64,000 nucleotides of DNA from Takakia lepidozioides (Eukaryota > Plantae > Bryophyta): positions 43,834,001-43,898,000 of the forward strand of contig CM060732.1 in NCBI GenBank assembly GCA_030704615.1. Reading direction: 5' to 3'. The notes under the pieces are model-generated. The model searched no databases. It worked only from the letters and a program-made list of their open reading frames with translations, and was not told where the DNA came from. The translations under genes and the position numbers were made by a program. Positions within the stretch are counted from its first letter, which is position 1, and the number at the start of each line of letters is the position of its first letter. Below are positions 37,622-50,627 of this stretch, piece after piece.

Positions 37622-40600
37622 TCAGCCCCCAACAGCTCCTTGATGCAGAAAGCGCTCCTTGTAAGCGATTGCAGCATCTACGTATTGTTGCTTCTCCACG
37701 GATATGGAGCTTTCCTGCAGGTACAGTTGCATTCCATTAGCTCAGACCACAACAGCTCATGAAATCATACCTTTCGACATTCTGTCAAGCCACTCAGCAT
37801 AGCAGATATTGCTTTGGGTAGAATTCAATGGCTACAGTAATTTCACCATAGCCGAGGACTTTCTGGATGCCTATGGTCGACACCCACGAGTTGCCCTGTT
37901 TGGTACAGGGTGAGGACAATGGTGAGCCTGAGCAGAAATTGCAAGCCATGGCCATAGCATATACTTGTTAAGTCAAGGCCAATACGTGCTCTAATGCACT
38001 AGAGGCAATTAGAATCATTACCTGCTCGTCTTACACACAGTAGAGTAAGTGAACTACCTTTAAGATAGTGTGGTAGTCCTCCTCTGTGTATTCATTGCTG
38101 CTGCTTCTATCTGTGCTGCTAGACCTGCTGGAAGCATTGCTGGCTCTCTCCATGGAAGCTCTGCTGGCTCTCTCCTTCTCCATGAGCTGTCTCATGATGA
38201 CACCCTCCTCGAGTTCTGAGCTATGGTGCCAGTAGTTGCCCAAGAACGTCTTTGCCCCATCAAGACTGGGGAAGTAAGGTGGCTCAAAGTACAGCTGGGA
38301 GAGTGCATCAGTGGCGGAGATCTCCGTCTGTGAGGTGCCCTTATATTCTCCACTTCCCATCACAGTAACCACAAGCTGCTGATAGGAGAAGTAGAATTGC
38401 CTGACTGCAACTTCAATTGCTTGAAACGATTGCAGGAGATGGATGGTTTCTGAGTGCTGTGCTGAGGGCCGGCCGAAGGAAGGTTTCCCCTGGGTGGGCA
38501 TACCGTGGGAATGGTAAAGAACCATAATGGCCTCTTGAAGCCTTGGTCCTCCCTTGGGATCAGCTTCCACTCCCACCACTTCGGGAACCAGATGCCTTAG
38601 CTCCTTACAGGCCTTGCTCACATTTCGCAGCATCGTTGATCGCAGGCAATACGCTCCTAAAACCCACAAAATACACGGCCCTTCAATAGCCTCATAGCTC
38701 TTCTGTAGCTAAACAGACTGTAAGAAATAAAGAAACTTCATAGCATGCACAGAGTGAGGGTGCCTGGGACAAGGCAGAAGAAACCAAAGAGAGAGAAGAA
38801 GGGCAGGAGAGCCAATGTGCCGATTGGACTAAACGGAAGTTGGAAATCAGATTTACAAAACAGCATTAGAGCCATTGTCTTTCCTTTCCGGGACCTGGTA
38901 CTGACCAAGGGAGTGGGAAGGAGGAGAGGAGAGCATCAGAGAGGGGCATTGGCAGAGAGATGTACTCAGTGATTGTTTCCTGCAAACGTTGGCTATGAGG
39001 TTACCTTAACAGAAGAAGAAATTTGTTCTGTTCCCTGTAGGCCTCGAGGGGGACACCTAGAACAACAACAAGAGAAACTAAAACGGTATATCAAACCCCA
39101 AACGTTGATCAGATGGGCAGAGAGAGAATGTACTCATGAGGCGTTGTTTTCTGTAGCCTTGTGGCTGTAGACCCCATGACCAGTTTGGGCACAATGAAAG
39201 AGAGAGAGAGAATGAAATGAAATGGTACTTTATAACACGCTCTATAACGCCCAAGGAAAACCTAGAAAGAGGAGGAAAATTTTCTCAATGTCCAGAGAGA
39301 GAGCTGCCAAAGTCCATAGACTACTGGAGATGTGCCTGTGTTTTTCTAAGAAAGTTAAGCCATAGGAATCTGCTTTACCTCCCCCAATGTGATCCAAGCT
39401 GTTGTCTACACCCAGGTGTGAACTGGGACTGATGGCAAGCTCATGCTTCAGCCGCATAAAATCATCAGGGTCCATGACCTGGAGCAGGTCCATGGTGGAA
39501 ATTATAAGCTTCCAAATGCGCTCCACAATCCAGCATTTCTTTGCAGCCCCCTCATGGTCACCAGCTTTGACCCTTCCCTCCACACTCTGTAGCAATCCTT
39601 GTGCAACTGCCAACCATGCCTCCATAATTTGATGAGTGGTGGACAGGATGTGATCCTCTGGATGCCCAGGTGTGGCTTGCCGATGCGCATAGACCTACAC
39701 CAACGTTATCCCCACACTTGGCTGACATTCTGACTGCAATTCCCAAAATTTTAAGGTAGAAAACTTCCAACCAGTATAATATAATCCAGAGTCCACCATC
39801 ATCTGCAAACATTTATGAACTGTGATGAATCGAATTATATATATCCAGAAGACTGCACTCCGAAGACACCCAGATACTGATCAATTTCGTTGTATTCATA
39901 AATACCTGGAGCTAGCAGTCCAATGTCAATTGAATGCGCACATCCAATCGAAAGAAATGTGCTCTCCCAATCCACAACTTATGACCGTTCTAATCGAGCA
40001 ACAGAAAGCGGCGATCTTTGGGGTGGGGGGGCAAGAGAGACAACCATAGAATCAGTCTTCTGGAGCTGAATATCGGAGGCGGAAAGGAAGAGGGAATAGC
40101 AGGGCCTCCATTCAAATGAAGGAAGTAAATGTAACAGGGCGTCTATGTTACAGCTACCGAACTATACAACGGATCATCAACCCCACAACTCTTCCCCGTC
40201 CTGGTCTTTGGCACTAAGAATCCTACAAGAGGGAAGAGTTTCTTGAGGATGTTCTTACCTCCAATGGTTTGCAAATCTTGTCGTACTCCAAAATTGGCTT
40301 GCCTGAAAGATTTGGCTCCCCTAGGCCAAGCGTGAAAGGTGCCCGCAGCATGTGGTATTCGATTGCAAAATGCAACCGGGCACCGACACTCTGACTTGTT
40401 TTCCAGGCTGCTAACCGGGGCAGAAGGCTCTCCTGACTCGATCTGCTCACAACTGGTCTTGATCCAGATTTATGCCACACGATCTGAGAAGCGGTGGCAA
40501 TGTGACCGGCACCCGAGAGCATGGTGGGGGCCTTGTTGTCACCTTCAACTATGAAAGAGAGAAGCTCGAGCTGCGAATTGGCTAAGGATTCCAGTCGCCG

Positions 40601-40936
40601 CAACCGCTCGTGTCTATCAATGTAGGGCCTTGTGTCCTGTAACACACCCGAAATCATCCTGAACACCATCTCGAGGCTGTGCAGAGCAGGCCTGACTATG
40701 CACTCGTTAGGCCATACGCCGGGCCAAAGGCGAGTCTTGCGTAGCTTAGACAGCTCAGGAAGTCGAACGTAGAGCTCATAAGCCTCCACTCCATCGGCTG
40801 ATGGCTGGACCAGAGCATCAATATCAAAATTTGCCAGAGAGACTGAAAGCGGAGTCCCCGGAAACAACGCAGAATGCAGGCCCCCGGAGCCTCTCGAGCT
40901 TAATTTCCTGGCATCTATACCCCGGAAACTGACCAT
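37622..40936 (-). CDS. HSPRO: Nematode-resistance-like HSPRO/Hs1pro-1 family protein; exons 40936-40259, 39694-39379, 38656-38058, 37714-37622
   Basis: YELYVRLPELSKL, WPNECIVRPALHSLE, SQESLLPRLAAW, FTLGLGEPNLSGKPILEYD, MDPDDFMRLK, GVEADPKGGPRLQEA, IHLLQSFQAIE, FEPPYFPSLDGAKTFLG. GT-AG introns; the last exon is less certain. Confidence 0.9.
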
Positions 40937-43900
40937 GATGATACAACCCAGAAAGCTTCTTCAGGTACTAGAACTGCTGGATCTCATACAAGACCAACCA
41001 ACCATTACTTGGACTGGTGTCCTGACAAACCAATCGACGCTGAAGAATACAGAAACCTGAAAAACTATTGCGAGAAATCTCAATGAGTAGGAAGTTTGAG
41101 TCCTCAACACTCCAGCATCCCAAACTTAAATTTGTAAGCTACAGTGACTCAAGACACCGCTACTTCGCAAGCTCGAGTCCCCACAACACAGCAGGAACAG
41201 CACTCATTCCTCCAACGTCCAAGGAGAAGAATCATGGCACCGCAAGACTTCAACTGCTCACCCCATCCTCGCTCTGTGCCAAGGAAAATACTTGGGACCT
41301 TCGCAGCTCACTGTAAGATCTCTGCCTTCGATGTGGTGTCAAATCATATCTCAAGAGCTTCAAACTCATAAACTCTACACCTTGCAGCTCTCTCTCTCTC
41401 TCTCTCAGTCTCTCTATCTCGTTGTAGCAATCTCTATCTCTGTATCTCTCGTTGAGAAATCCAAGCTTGGTAAGGACAGATCAGAGGTGGTGTCTGCAGC
41501 AGGTCAGGCGTGTGCCACCAACAAGCTACATTCTCCCTCCCTTTCTGCCATTTTGTCTGCCTCGCTGGCCTTCCGCACGTGCGACATCACTTCAGTTTAT
41601 CCAACTCTGGATAGACCTATATTTTGGGGATGACGAATTTTCTTCTGATTATTATTATTAAATATTTTTATTAAGTTTTTATATTAATCTTAATGCTACT
41701 ACTGTCGGTTGCCGTGCAACTACATCGTACATAGACTTAAATTTAAAAACCTAATAATAAAATAATGGGAAATAAATTAAAAACCCAAACAAGAATAAGA
41801 ATAATGTATTAAACGGGTCATTTTGTTTCACCAAAATTGGACAGCTGTTGATGCTTGCATGCACAGGCGACATCCATCCATGTGTCGACTTCCCATCACC
41901 TGGCCTTGGAATGCGCGCAGTTGGTAGGAGTCCATCCATCCGTGAAACCGTTGCGTTGAATTGGACGAGGACAAGGAAAAGAGGGTGACCTAATTAGGGG
42001 CGACAGAATACGGGGGATAATCACGGCGGCTAGCGCACATCGCAGCCGTTGGATGGTCATAACGGTACGATGGCGGCTGGCTTCGGACCGAGCGCGTTAC
42101 GTGTCTGAGTTATCCTGCTCCCGCACACGCAACGCCGCTTTCTGTGGGATGCTGCAGATCTGCCTCCATCTCGCTTTGAATCGTTGAGTTTTGTGGATTC
42201 AGCTTGTCCAGAGCAGATGCATGTGTGTGCACCCTGGATTTTCGCAGCAGCTCGGAGCAGGGAATTGCCAGGGATACTTACCGATGTGAGAGAGAAGTTG
42301 TGCGCAAGCAAGCTCGGAGAGATATCCGGCCTGCTGACAGCACATGCAAAAAGCACATGGCGAAGTGTAAATGCTAGTGGAGATTGGAATGCACACAAAA
42401 ATTATACGGCAAAGTTGGCTGCCTGTCAAACTGTGATAGACAAGTTAAGTAGGTTGATTATCGAGCAGCGCGGTTTGTAAGTTGAAATATGTTACACAAT
42501 GGGAAATTAAGTACGCCCTTCGATGGGTGGAAGGGCCGAGGAAGTTCACCATGTTAGATACAGATCATTCAGCCGCATACCCACCATCTAGGTGCTACTA
42601 AGTAGTAAGCACCTGGCGAAAGGAAGTGCGGGGGAGAACCGACAGAGAGTCTAGGTACTCAACTTTCAATTTGGTAGAGCACATGGCAAAGTAAAGGCTG
42701 TCACTGACGTAATCAGTATAGCCGCAACGGATAAGACGGTGATGTAATGCGTGTGTGCGCCACCGGCCGTCGGCTCCATTTGCGCAGATGATCGTCCTTC
42801 TCTGAAGGCACATTAAAGATGCATTCCGAGTTTGGTCCAATGAGACCTCTCTGCAGCACTTATCCTCAGAAGCCATGACTTTGTCAGTTTCCGAGTTATC
42901 ACTCAGAAACTGCTATCATCCTATATGCACTTTAAAGTTTAGAGTGTCTTCGTGTTCTTATTTAAACCTTGTATTTCAAATCCTCGATCGGATCTCGGAT
43001 GTGCACAAACTGTGTTCAATAAGCTCGTGCGACGTGGGGCTCTCTCGTCAACGATGTCGGTAGCCACATGGTAGTGCAATTGTGGAAGGCAGCGTGGACC
43101 TGCTACATGATTCGTCATCCTCCAAGCTCCTTCTGTCCGAAGGGGATAGGTGGAAGAAGGGTTGTACAAGACCCTTGTCAGCATGCTTTACAAGTCAGTC
43201 ACCTACAGCTGCTACACCGGACGGGCTTACCTACGTACTGCACTTGCAGTGCCCGTCATGTCTGTCCCATTCCGTCAACAAGTAGTAGGTCAAGAGAGAG
43301 ACTTGAGGCCTGCAAATTTCTGAGATCTTCTTGAAGAAAATTGCTCCAGGGAAAACTGCTCGAGAGAAAGTGTGAGGTGTTTCCCCGACATGATGATACA
43401 GTAAGTAACCGGCAGCATGTGTGATGCATGTGAGCAGAAAGCAGATATAAGGCCAGCATGCGGGAAGATGAAGCTCCCATGTGCCTGCGTGAGCTGTTTC
43501 GAGCAGACAGCAGACACATTTTATTTCAAGAACGGGGATTCGATCCATGGCTCTTCGACTTCAGTTCAAAGACTGGCGTTAGCTAGCTAGCAGACGCGGT
43601 TTTCTACATGGGTCCCAAGTCGGGCCGTGCCTTCGTTCAAATACTTGTGCCAGTGCTGCATATTTATCCGTAATGAGCTGCGCCCAAGCCTAATAAGCGA
43701 ATAGATACTGGACGTCTCTCTAAAAGCCCACCACGGGCCTTTAACCTTTTCCTGATGCTCTTAATGTAAGTGTGAACAGAACAGGAGCTGGGCTGCTGTC
43801 GTTCCATCTGCGTGACCAGATCCAACTTCGTATACAGATTGCGATGATTCATGACTCATGCTGCGTTGACTCATGTTTCTGTAAGTGATGCATGGCACAT

Positions 43901-45296
43901 ACCTAGAATTTGTTAGGCAGGACGGCAGGACCCACCTTGACATCGCCCACGCTCAAATCATGGGCCTCCTACCCTGCTTCATCCATCTTCCTGCGCATAA
44001 CAAAGGCCCCACCTTGACCACTGTGACGAGCTACCTTCCAAGAGATTTCAATTCATCGCAATCTTCTAAGGAGTGAATTCGAGAAGAGGGACACCACTCT
44101 GCCAACATGAAACCTAAATAATCTTTCAGATTGTGTGCACTGAAGAGGACCTCATCTTACTATCTAAACACTCATCATCCTTTATTAGACCTGCTAACCT
44201 TGTTCAAGCACTGCCAATACGACTTAACCACCAGGCTGGTACCTGGTCCATCTTCACTGGAGATGAACAAAAAACGGCAATAATTGTTTAATCAAGTGGT
44301 ACAGCCAGAATGAAACTTTTGAAGTTCATCCTCCATGGGTGTTGTGAATTTGTGATGATGAGACAAAAATGCATCATGTTGCGTGCCACACGAGTATTGC
44401 ACACAGCCCAAAAAGCACATTCTAAAAGAGACGCATGTTGGATTGTCTACAACTGTGCCGAAATGATCTCTACCAGTTGATGGTTTCAAGCTTCGTGACA
44501 GATGATTCCTTGTAGGTTTTGTCCATTTCATAAGTCACTGCCGGAGCTGCGCTCATACTGAAAACACAAAACACCCACCCTTCGAGAAATTTGTGGACAA
44601 ATTATCAGGGGACCACAAGCAAGATTGACAAAAGCTGAATGGATATAGTTACTGCTCAACTTTCTCAGTTTTCTTTTAGTACGTTAATTACAAGGAGCTT
44701 TTGGAAGATTTCCAAAACTTAGAACAGGTTGATGTCCACCTCAATGCCTTCTGACATATCACTTTTGATTTGATGACAAGGGCCTCCGGACTCCAGTCCG
44801 TCCCCCTTTTTATGAAAAACAAAACAGAGACTATTTCCCGTACATTCTTAAGTGTACCTAGATGTCACAGGGATCCGTGCCACATGAAGTAATGGCTCCT
44901 TTCCTTGTCCTAACAGTCAAGTCTGACGGTGAAGCTACTGTGTGACGTCATTCGTCAACTCCTTGTATGGATTTGTCACCGTCTGTATTTTCCTGTGACA
45001 CTGTGACATGTGTCTGAAAGGTGGATTAAATTCGAAGTCACATTATTGCAAAGTTTGTCAGGAACAATAATCCCTGTGCGAACTTGAAGGAAACGATATC
45101 TAATAAGCCATAGCACTTCAACCCAAATATCTAGTGCTTTTAGTTTGGAAGGTGGACGCCTTCTAAGGGCCATAAATGGGGCTAACTTACGTGGTTGCCC
45201 AACTCTCCTCCAAGGAGTTAAGGGACTCTTCAGTCCTGAATCCTCAGTTACCCACACATTAAATAATCAGTTGACCAAGTTGCTGCCCTTTTGTAC

Positions 45297-45922
45297 GCTT
45301 CTCATTGTTGAATAATTGGGAGTTTAAGGCTCATGTGTGAGCCAGGCAGCTGCCCCATGCATGGACGTCGGGCCGCCTACCACGACCCATGACCCGGCCC
45401 GGTGGGTCTGACGCGAGCATGGGTCTGCCCCAAGGTATGCTCCGCGGAGGTAGGGTTGCCCTAGGTGGTGCTCGGGGTGACAGCGGCTGTTTTCTAGGTT
45501 AAGGGATAAAAAAAATGCCAAGGCTATTGCAAGTAGTGGGTAGTGTAGTGGTTGGGTGCATTGAATAGTATATATGAGGTAGAGGGTTCAATTGTGGCTG
45601 TTCCAAATGTGCATCAATGATGGTTCCAATTGGCATTGGCATGTATATTAATGGTCTTTTTATTGATGGGCGAGTTTTCCCCCAAAATTCTTACGTCCCT
45701 CGGGCGGGCTGCCGCGCAACGAGCAGACCCAAAGCAGACCCTACCCTCGAGAAGACCCGACCTGACCCTGAGCAGACCGACCTGCCAACAGACCATGAGC
45801 AGACCCAACCTGAGTAGACCCGGACCCGCCGGTGGTCGCGGGGCGCCCGACATCCATGCATGGGGCCCGCTGCTTGGCTCATACGTGAGCCTTAAACTCC
45901 CAATTATTCAAAAATGATAGGC
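45297..45922. mobile_element. Mutator-type MITE
   Basis: ~75-bp imperfect TIRs (TTGAATAATTGGGAGTTTAAGGCTCA...) and a perfect 9-bp TSD CTTTTGTAC at 45288-45296 and 45923-45931. Confidence 0.9.
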
Positions 45923-47684
45923 CTTTTGTACTTAGGTTCTCCTTATCGGCCATTTACTTGATGAGTTACATTGTATATAATGTCACCGGGATGCACAAAC
46001 TTCACCACAAAACCATGATTGAGTGAATGTGATGATGGTGATATACTTAGCCAATGAAGAGTTATTACTTGAAGAATAGAAACGTCATGTTAGTAAGAGC
46101 GCCATAATATTTCCAAATATTTCCATAATACCTCAATTGATGTTGAAAGATGATGGCTGATATTGTGACCGCTTTCTTTGTTACATAATTTTGCACCAAC
46201 GTAAATTAGCTGTTTGCACCAAGTCTTTTCTGCCTGCTTGGCATTACCCTTCACACCATGGTTGTCAAAACCAACACTGGTCAAACAGACACATGAAGAC
46301 ACCATTGGAAAACGTTGCAACTTCTAAGTAAGTAGGAGCCCTTCAGTCACCGTTTCAGTGGGAAAGTCCTTGAATCCCTCCTATCAATTTAGTTCTACGT
46401 ACAACAGCCAATCTGCAAGTGGGAAAAGAACACTCGACCTATGAGATGAAAACTTGATGCTTATATGCTATATAGAGAATTTGAAAGCAAAGACGCCAAA
46501 GTTGCAAATGATCAATGTTTGGACCAACGTTGGGCCGATATGGAGTACCTAACCAGGATATCAATGTATCCAGACCCGGAACCATTTTTTAGGATCCGGG
46601 TTAGATGCATAACCAGCGGATATGCAAATATGAAAAAAAAAAAAAATCTATACCCGTCATCTCAGCCCTAAACTTAATAAAACCGGATGCATACCCGGAT
46701 CCGCTATTTGTCATGTCTAAAACCAAAAGTTTTTAATACTCAAAATCGGCGGATACTAAAAAAAATTAATATCCGCCCAACATTGGTTTTGACTTAGCGC
46801 AGCCTTCCATGTACCCGGCCCATCCTTAAAGGGAGGAAACGGACAAAAATGGCCAGGTACACTTCTCGCTTCCATGCATGGGGCGGCGGGGCCCGGTCGC
46901 CGAGTTCCCGTGTCGGTAGCGCAGCCCGATAAAATGGGAAGAGAGCTCGGCGGACGACCCCGCGAATTGAATGCAATCTCCACACCTCGTGCTAAAGTCC
47001 TGCTTACCTGCGGTACCCTCTACCAAGTCACGCTAAAGTCCAAAACGATTACTCGGCCGCTGAGCTCCACATGACCTTGGAAATGCTTGAGGGAACCCAA
47101 CCATTTTTTTTTAGCACCCGGCGAACTTTTTTTTTGCGACCAGGCTCCTCCCACATGAAAGGACGCTCTTACAGTGCACATATAAGAAGATCCATTTTCC
47201 AGCTTGAAATTATCAATTGAATTACCCCATAATTGTGTCAACGTTCTTCAAAATCGTCTATCATATCATGTGGAAAGCTGCTGTGATTACCATTCCACTG
47301 CAGCAATATTCATAGGTGCACGGCTAGCCGAAATAACGCTCTGTACTACTGGTTCTGATATAATTTCTAGATTCTTATATATAGGGTGCAGATGCTTGTC
47401 AGTACATGTAAGCACTAGTACTAGGAGGGGAGACTGTTTCAAGATTCCAGAAGTTCTTGCTAGACCTTCTGATGTGTTGCATCACATGGATTGGCATAGA
47501 CACTAGATTATAATGGATATCACAAATTTTCTTTGTCTTTTGCCAATGCAGTTTTTCTTAGATATATTTGGCTCCCAAGTTGAACCATTGGAGCATGAGA
47601 ATAAGAACTTGATGCACACGTGCAATCTTTGACACAATGGTACGCCAGTTTCCTGCATGTCAAATTTTTCCCCTCTCTCAAGAG

Positions 47685-48000
47685 TGACAGGGAAGTGAAG
47701 GGGAGTGTAAGTCTGTTTCGGGGTGACACTCAATTACATCGCAGGGAGTGTAATCTACTCCACTCAGGGTTACACGGCGGGGAGTGTAACTCCACTCAGG
47801 ATCACTTGGAGTTATACTAGGTTACACGGAAGGGACTCCAACTTCACTTGGTGTAACTCACGCTTGGTCTCGAAATTTGATCAAGTCAAAATTTGGCCAA
47901 GTAGAAAATGGACTAAGACAAGTTATGGAAACTAGTTTTGGCTCAGAACCACTCACTCGCTACGGCCATTCACTCGCTCATAGAACACTCACTCGCTCGC
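47685..48000. repeat. Short reiterated motifs (GGGAGTGTAA, CACTCAGG, CACTCACTCGC), probably subterminal repeats of the adjacent pogo element
   Basis: Motifs are visibly repeated two to three times each; position is downstream of the transposase. Confidence 0.45.
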
Positions 48001-48329
48001 TTTGGCCATAAGCCTGGGCAAATTTAACAAATGCGAGAAACTAAAAACCACAAAACTTCTTCGAAATTAGGGCATGTTCTCTTTCTTTCTCATGGTAGGA
48101 TAAAAACGTATAGTGCTTGATACTGAGTCTTGATACTGAAGCAAAGCAAAATATTTTGTCTAATCTGACATGCTATAGAATGAGCTCCATTTAAATGAAC
48201 AAACATGTAATATAACTAGCTACTATCATAATAGACAATGAATCAGATATGAACATGTCTATGCATTGTCACAACAATAACTTGCCATTGTGCTTGGTCT
48301 TTAATGACATAGTTGGAGCATCAACAAAT

Positions 48330-50627
48330 TTGTGATGGCGGTAAGTGCACGTCGCATTCGCTCATGACCTGGATTTCCATTCAGTCGCTTGTCTCCTCTC
48401 TTTCTTGCGGCTCTTTGAGTAGGAGTTGACATTCCACGGTTTACACCATGATAGATGTTTGGATTAGCAGTCAACTTACTTTTTATGGCTTGGTGGAAGC
48501 ATTGCCCATAGCTCTGACATTATGTGCTTACCAATAAGCATCAAACCCCGCTCTTTGGCGTTTCTCTATGGCTTTCTCACTTGCTTTCTCTGCTGCAAAA
48601 CATGTGTCGTCTCTTTGTTTTAGTCACACCTTTTCTTCTCTCTCGTCATTTCTTTTTTCTTTCATTTTCAGCAGCCTCTCTCATAAGGGCTTTCTGTTGC
48701 ATGATTGTTGTATACTCCGTAGAGGTCATAACAATGGAATTGGCATAGTCAACTAATGGCTCATTTCCTTTTATAGGCTTAGCTGGAAATTGAGGCAATG
48801 CAAAGAGGGACTGGTTTGACTCGTAAGTATCTTATGTGCATTGCACATATATTTGTGAACATTGTCCATTATCATAAACCTGATTTGTGGCTGTTTGCAA
48901 ATTGGCAGCAACGTTAGAGTCCACAAAAAAATGTTGCGCTTGGTTTTTTTTCCATGTAAGTAGCATCATTCGTTGGCTGGAAATATATGTTCACTTGCTA
49001 TGTCAATGAGTGAAGTGCTCTCACCAAGAGGTAGAGAAGGCCGCACACTTGTGTTGGTGTTGTCGTTGCTCTTTGATGCTTGATGTTCGTTCGTATGAAG
49101 TGGACTGTTTTCATCATGGATAATAGTGCAGCTGCTCCAGCAATAGTATTTGCTTCAATCTCGACGTGATCTGCTTCATCATTCTTGCTCTCTGACCCTG
49201 TTATAGGTTCCTTTGTTTTCAGCATCAACTTGTTCAAAAGATCCACCTTTACTCTCCATTGCTCGAGGATTGAAAGACCAAATTCTGGTGGTGCGAAAAC
49301 CAGCTTGAATATTTTGAGGTAATAGAGCCTCCTTAAGTTAACAGCTTGGTCAACCCATGATGCCAATGTCTTTTTGTTAGGTTCTACTAGGTTTCTTTTC
49401 TGCATTTCAGAGAATGCTTGAATTTTAGTTTTGAAAGGCTTGAAGCAAGCCACATCGAGGGGTTGTACAGCTGCATGTGAGGTATGGGCTGGAAGTGTCA
49501 CCATGTCCAGCCCAATCTCCATAGCATACTGAATTGCTTCAATTGTGACGTGGCTGCCATGCCCATGCAATATTAGCAAGTGTTGATTTTCCGTCGAAAA
49601 CCCACCGGAAACATTCTTTTGGAAAAAAACCAGCCATTGTTTAAATAACGTGGCCAAAATCCATGACTTTTCTTGCATTACCATGCAAGCCCCTGTCTCA
49701 CAATCTTGAATATAATCCTCCATGATTCGTTTGCCTCTGAAAATGAAGTAGTTAGGGATTCTCTCTCCCTCAACATTTACACATGCATTTATAGTCAACA
49801 ATTCCCTAGACTTGGATATGGTGATGTAGACATAATGCAGATTTTTTTTAACAAGGACCCTAGCTCCAGAAGTTTGCCTAGCTTGATACCCTGTTTCATC
49901 GCTATTCCAAATATGTGTGGAATGTTTCGTATATACAACATTTTTAAATTGTTGTAAAAGCTTTCAAAATGTTTAGAAGTAAGTGTTTTAGCCCTTGCCA
50001 CGTCTAGCCCTTCAGCCACTCTGATTGCAAGTTGTGGATGTCTTCTTCTCAACCACTTCAACCTTGAAGAACCTGGAATGCCATTTGTGAAAGGTGTGGC
50101 TTTGATTTGAGTTAACTCAACCACTTTTAGCTTCAATTGGTGGAATGACCGATATCTTACATACGTAAAATCCATTCCACCACTTGGTCTTCCTCTTCCA
50201 CTGATAGAACACCTTTAGCACCTACTTTTCTTTGCTTTGTTTCTCCATTGGGGTGATCTAGCTGCAAGGAAGTATAAGGAATGTTCCAATGCTGACCTGT
50301 TTGTTTGATGCTCATGGTACCTCTTTCCACTACATCCATTGCTTCTTCCAACGCATCATCACTCCACAACCTTCTTTTTGTCTTGTTTTTCCCTCGTCTT
50401 CTCTCGCTTTATTGTTGACTCAGGATTGTGGATGGTAGAGTTGGTGTTACACAAAAGCTAGGGGCTGGAGCTGCCGCTGATTTTGACTGGTTCGCTTTCT
50501 CCCCTCTTTTGTTGGCTTGAGTAGAAGCATTGCAAGTTGTTGATTATGATGTATGTCCACTTTTGACAAGCTTCTTCTTCTTGGCCACGTTTGTAGAGCT
50601 AGGAGAAGCAAATCTTCTTTCAACCAT
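48330..50627 (-). mobile_element. pogo/Tigger-Fot1-type (Tc1/mariner) transposase pseudogene
   Basis: HTH_psq WSDDALEEAMDVV..WNIPYTSL, CENP-B HTH (WLRRRHPQL), NSDETG, YFIFRGK, LILHGHGSH (D>H), LPAHTSH..QPLDVACFKPFK; frameshifted. Confidence 0.88.

Noticed and set aside
42050-45250. Many short ORFs upstream of HSPRO
   Set aside because: No recognisable motifs or consistent exon structure.
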